Origin: Vitrella brassicaformis CCMP3155
Lineage: Eukaryota; Protista; Chromerida
Assembly: GCA_001179505.1 (NCBI GenBank)
Contig: CDMY01000302.1
Span: forward strand, 62,001-126,000
Reading direction: 5' to 3'
DNA length: 64,000 nt
A program made the translations under genes and the position numbers. Below, in pieces: positions 63,322 to 64,000 of this stretch. Positions within the stretch are counted from its first letter, which is position 1. The number at the start of each line of letters is the position of its first letter. Under the pieces are notes generated by a model that did not search any database, was not told the DNA's origin, and saw only the letters and a list, made by a program, of their open reading frames with translations.

Positions 63322-64000
63322 GTGTGTGTGTGGTGTGTGTTGTAGGCTGCAGGGGACAGCCGGCTGCCACACCGCCACTACTACTACAGCGACCTCAGCC
63401 AAGTCGACGCAGCGCTCGGCCATGCCCACATACGCCTGGCGCCACCCCGCCGCCCGGAGCGAGCCGTACGCCGTCCACCACCAGCACCAGCACCAGCACC
63501 AGCCGCAGCGCCAGGCCCAGCAGCATGATCACAGATACTACTCGTACCAGTTCTCTGACCCCACTAACAAGTTCCACGTAAGGTTCCAATGGGACATAAC
63601 ACACACATGTGAGACACACATTCGTTTGTGTGGGTGTGGGTGTCAGATTCTGGGCCGCCGATCGTCGTTTGGCCCTGCCCCCGCCGCCCATTCGCTAGCT
63701 CAGCTGAACACGGCGGCCAATAGTGATAACTCGGCTGAGGCCGAGGCCGATAGCGAGGCCGAGGGGGCTTCCGACCAAACACCCCTCTACGCCGAAAGAA
63801 TCGATGTGAGGACATGGAGAGAGAAAAAGACAAAAAGAGATGGAACCCCATGTTGTGTGTTGTGGTGTGGTGTGTGCAGCTGTATTCGGAGAAGCTTGAC
63901 GCCGACGGCTACACCGTGGCCCACCTGCGGCTGCTGCCTCCGGCCAGCGGGCAGTCCTCCTCCTCCTCCTTCTGCGAGGGGGGCGTGGGTGGTGGTGTTG
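61269..64000 (+). CDS. Putative secreted low-complexity protein with repeated acidic (E/S)LMQ modules; runs off the window and may be two genes
   Basis: Signal peptide MISSVVFIALLGLQATLAQ. The exon NILR(G/R)E..NT(N/H)T occurs twice. The motifs DDDPIVELMQIHE, EEDVELMQLDE and DDDPISLMQVDE recur. Later exons are His/Gln-rich. Confidence 0.55.

Noticed and set aside
1-64000. Most ORFs in the supplied six-frame track (CVCV, THTH, DRQT, ERER-rich)
   Set aside because: These are translations of intronic microsatellites or antisense frames of real exons.
1-64000. tRNA, rRNA or autonomous transposon (transposase, RT, Rep/helicase) genes
   Set aside because: None were recognised by eye; tRNAscan, Infernal and repeat searches were not run.

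Overview
An intron-rich eukaryotic nuclear window. Almost every intron carries CA/GT, GA/TC, GACA/TGTC or GGAT microsatellites, and nuclear genes carry bipartite plastid leaders. The gene style fits a chromerid alveolate such as Vitrella (inference, not proven). Recognisable housekeeping genes are ARF1 (3' end), a Ctr copper transporter, a DTD2/ATD-type deacylase, cytosolic ClpB/Hsp101, a Slo/BK-like K+ channel, a PKD2-like channel, cysteine synthase, BCCIP/Bcp1 and plastid ClpP. Between them lie rearranged accessory regions (about 2-13 kb, 32.5-44 kb and 51-57 kb) full of duplicated, shuffled and decaying genes. The most notable element is a pair of intronless ORFs of about 440 codons (5842-7171 + and 53135-54460 -). 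Each has an Arg/Ser/Ala-rich, mitochondrial-presequence-like leader and two tandem PD-(D/E)XK (D...QxK) nuclease-like domains. Each lies head-to-head with a Ctr gene or Ctr remnant and carries one visible disabling lesion, different in the two copies. Other points of interest are a DTD2/ATD-type gene in a non-animal, a DUF1399-like/ubiquitin fusion ending LRLRGC, and self-complementary (AC)n...(GT)n introns. There is also an exon-module-shuffled pseudogene cluster containing a NIPA-like transporter. Exon boundaries were read by eye and no database searches were possible. Two 300-N gaps are present.
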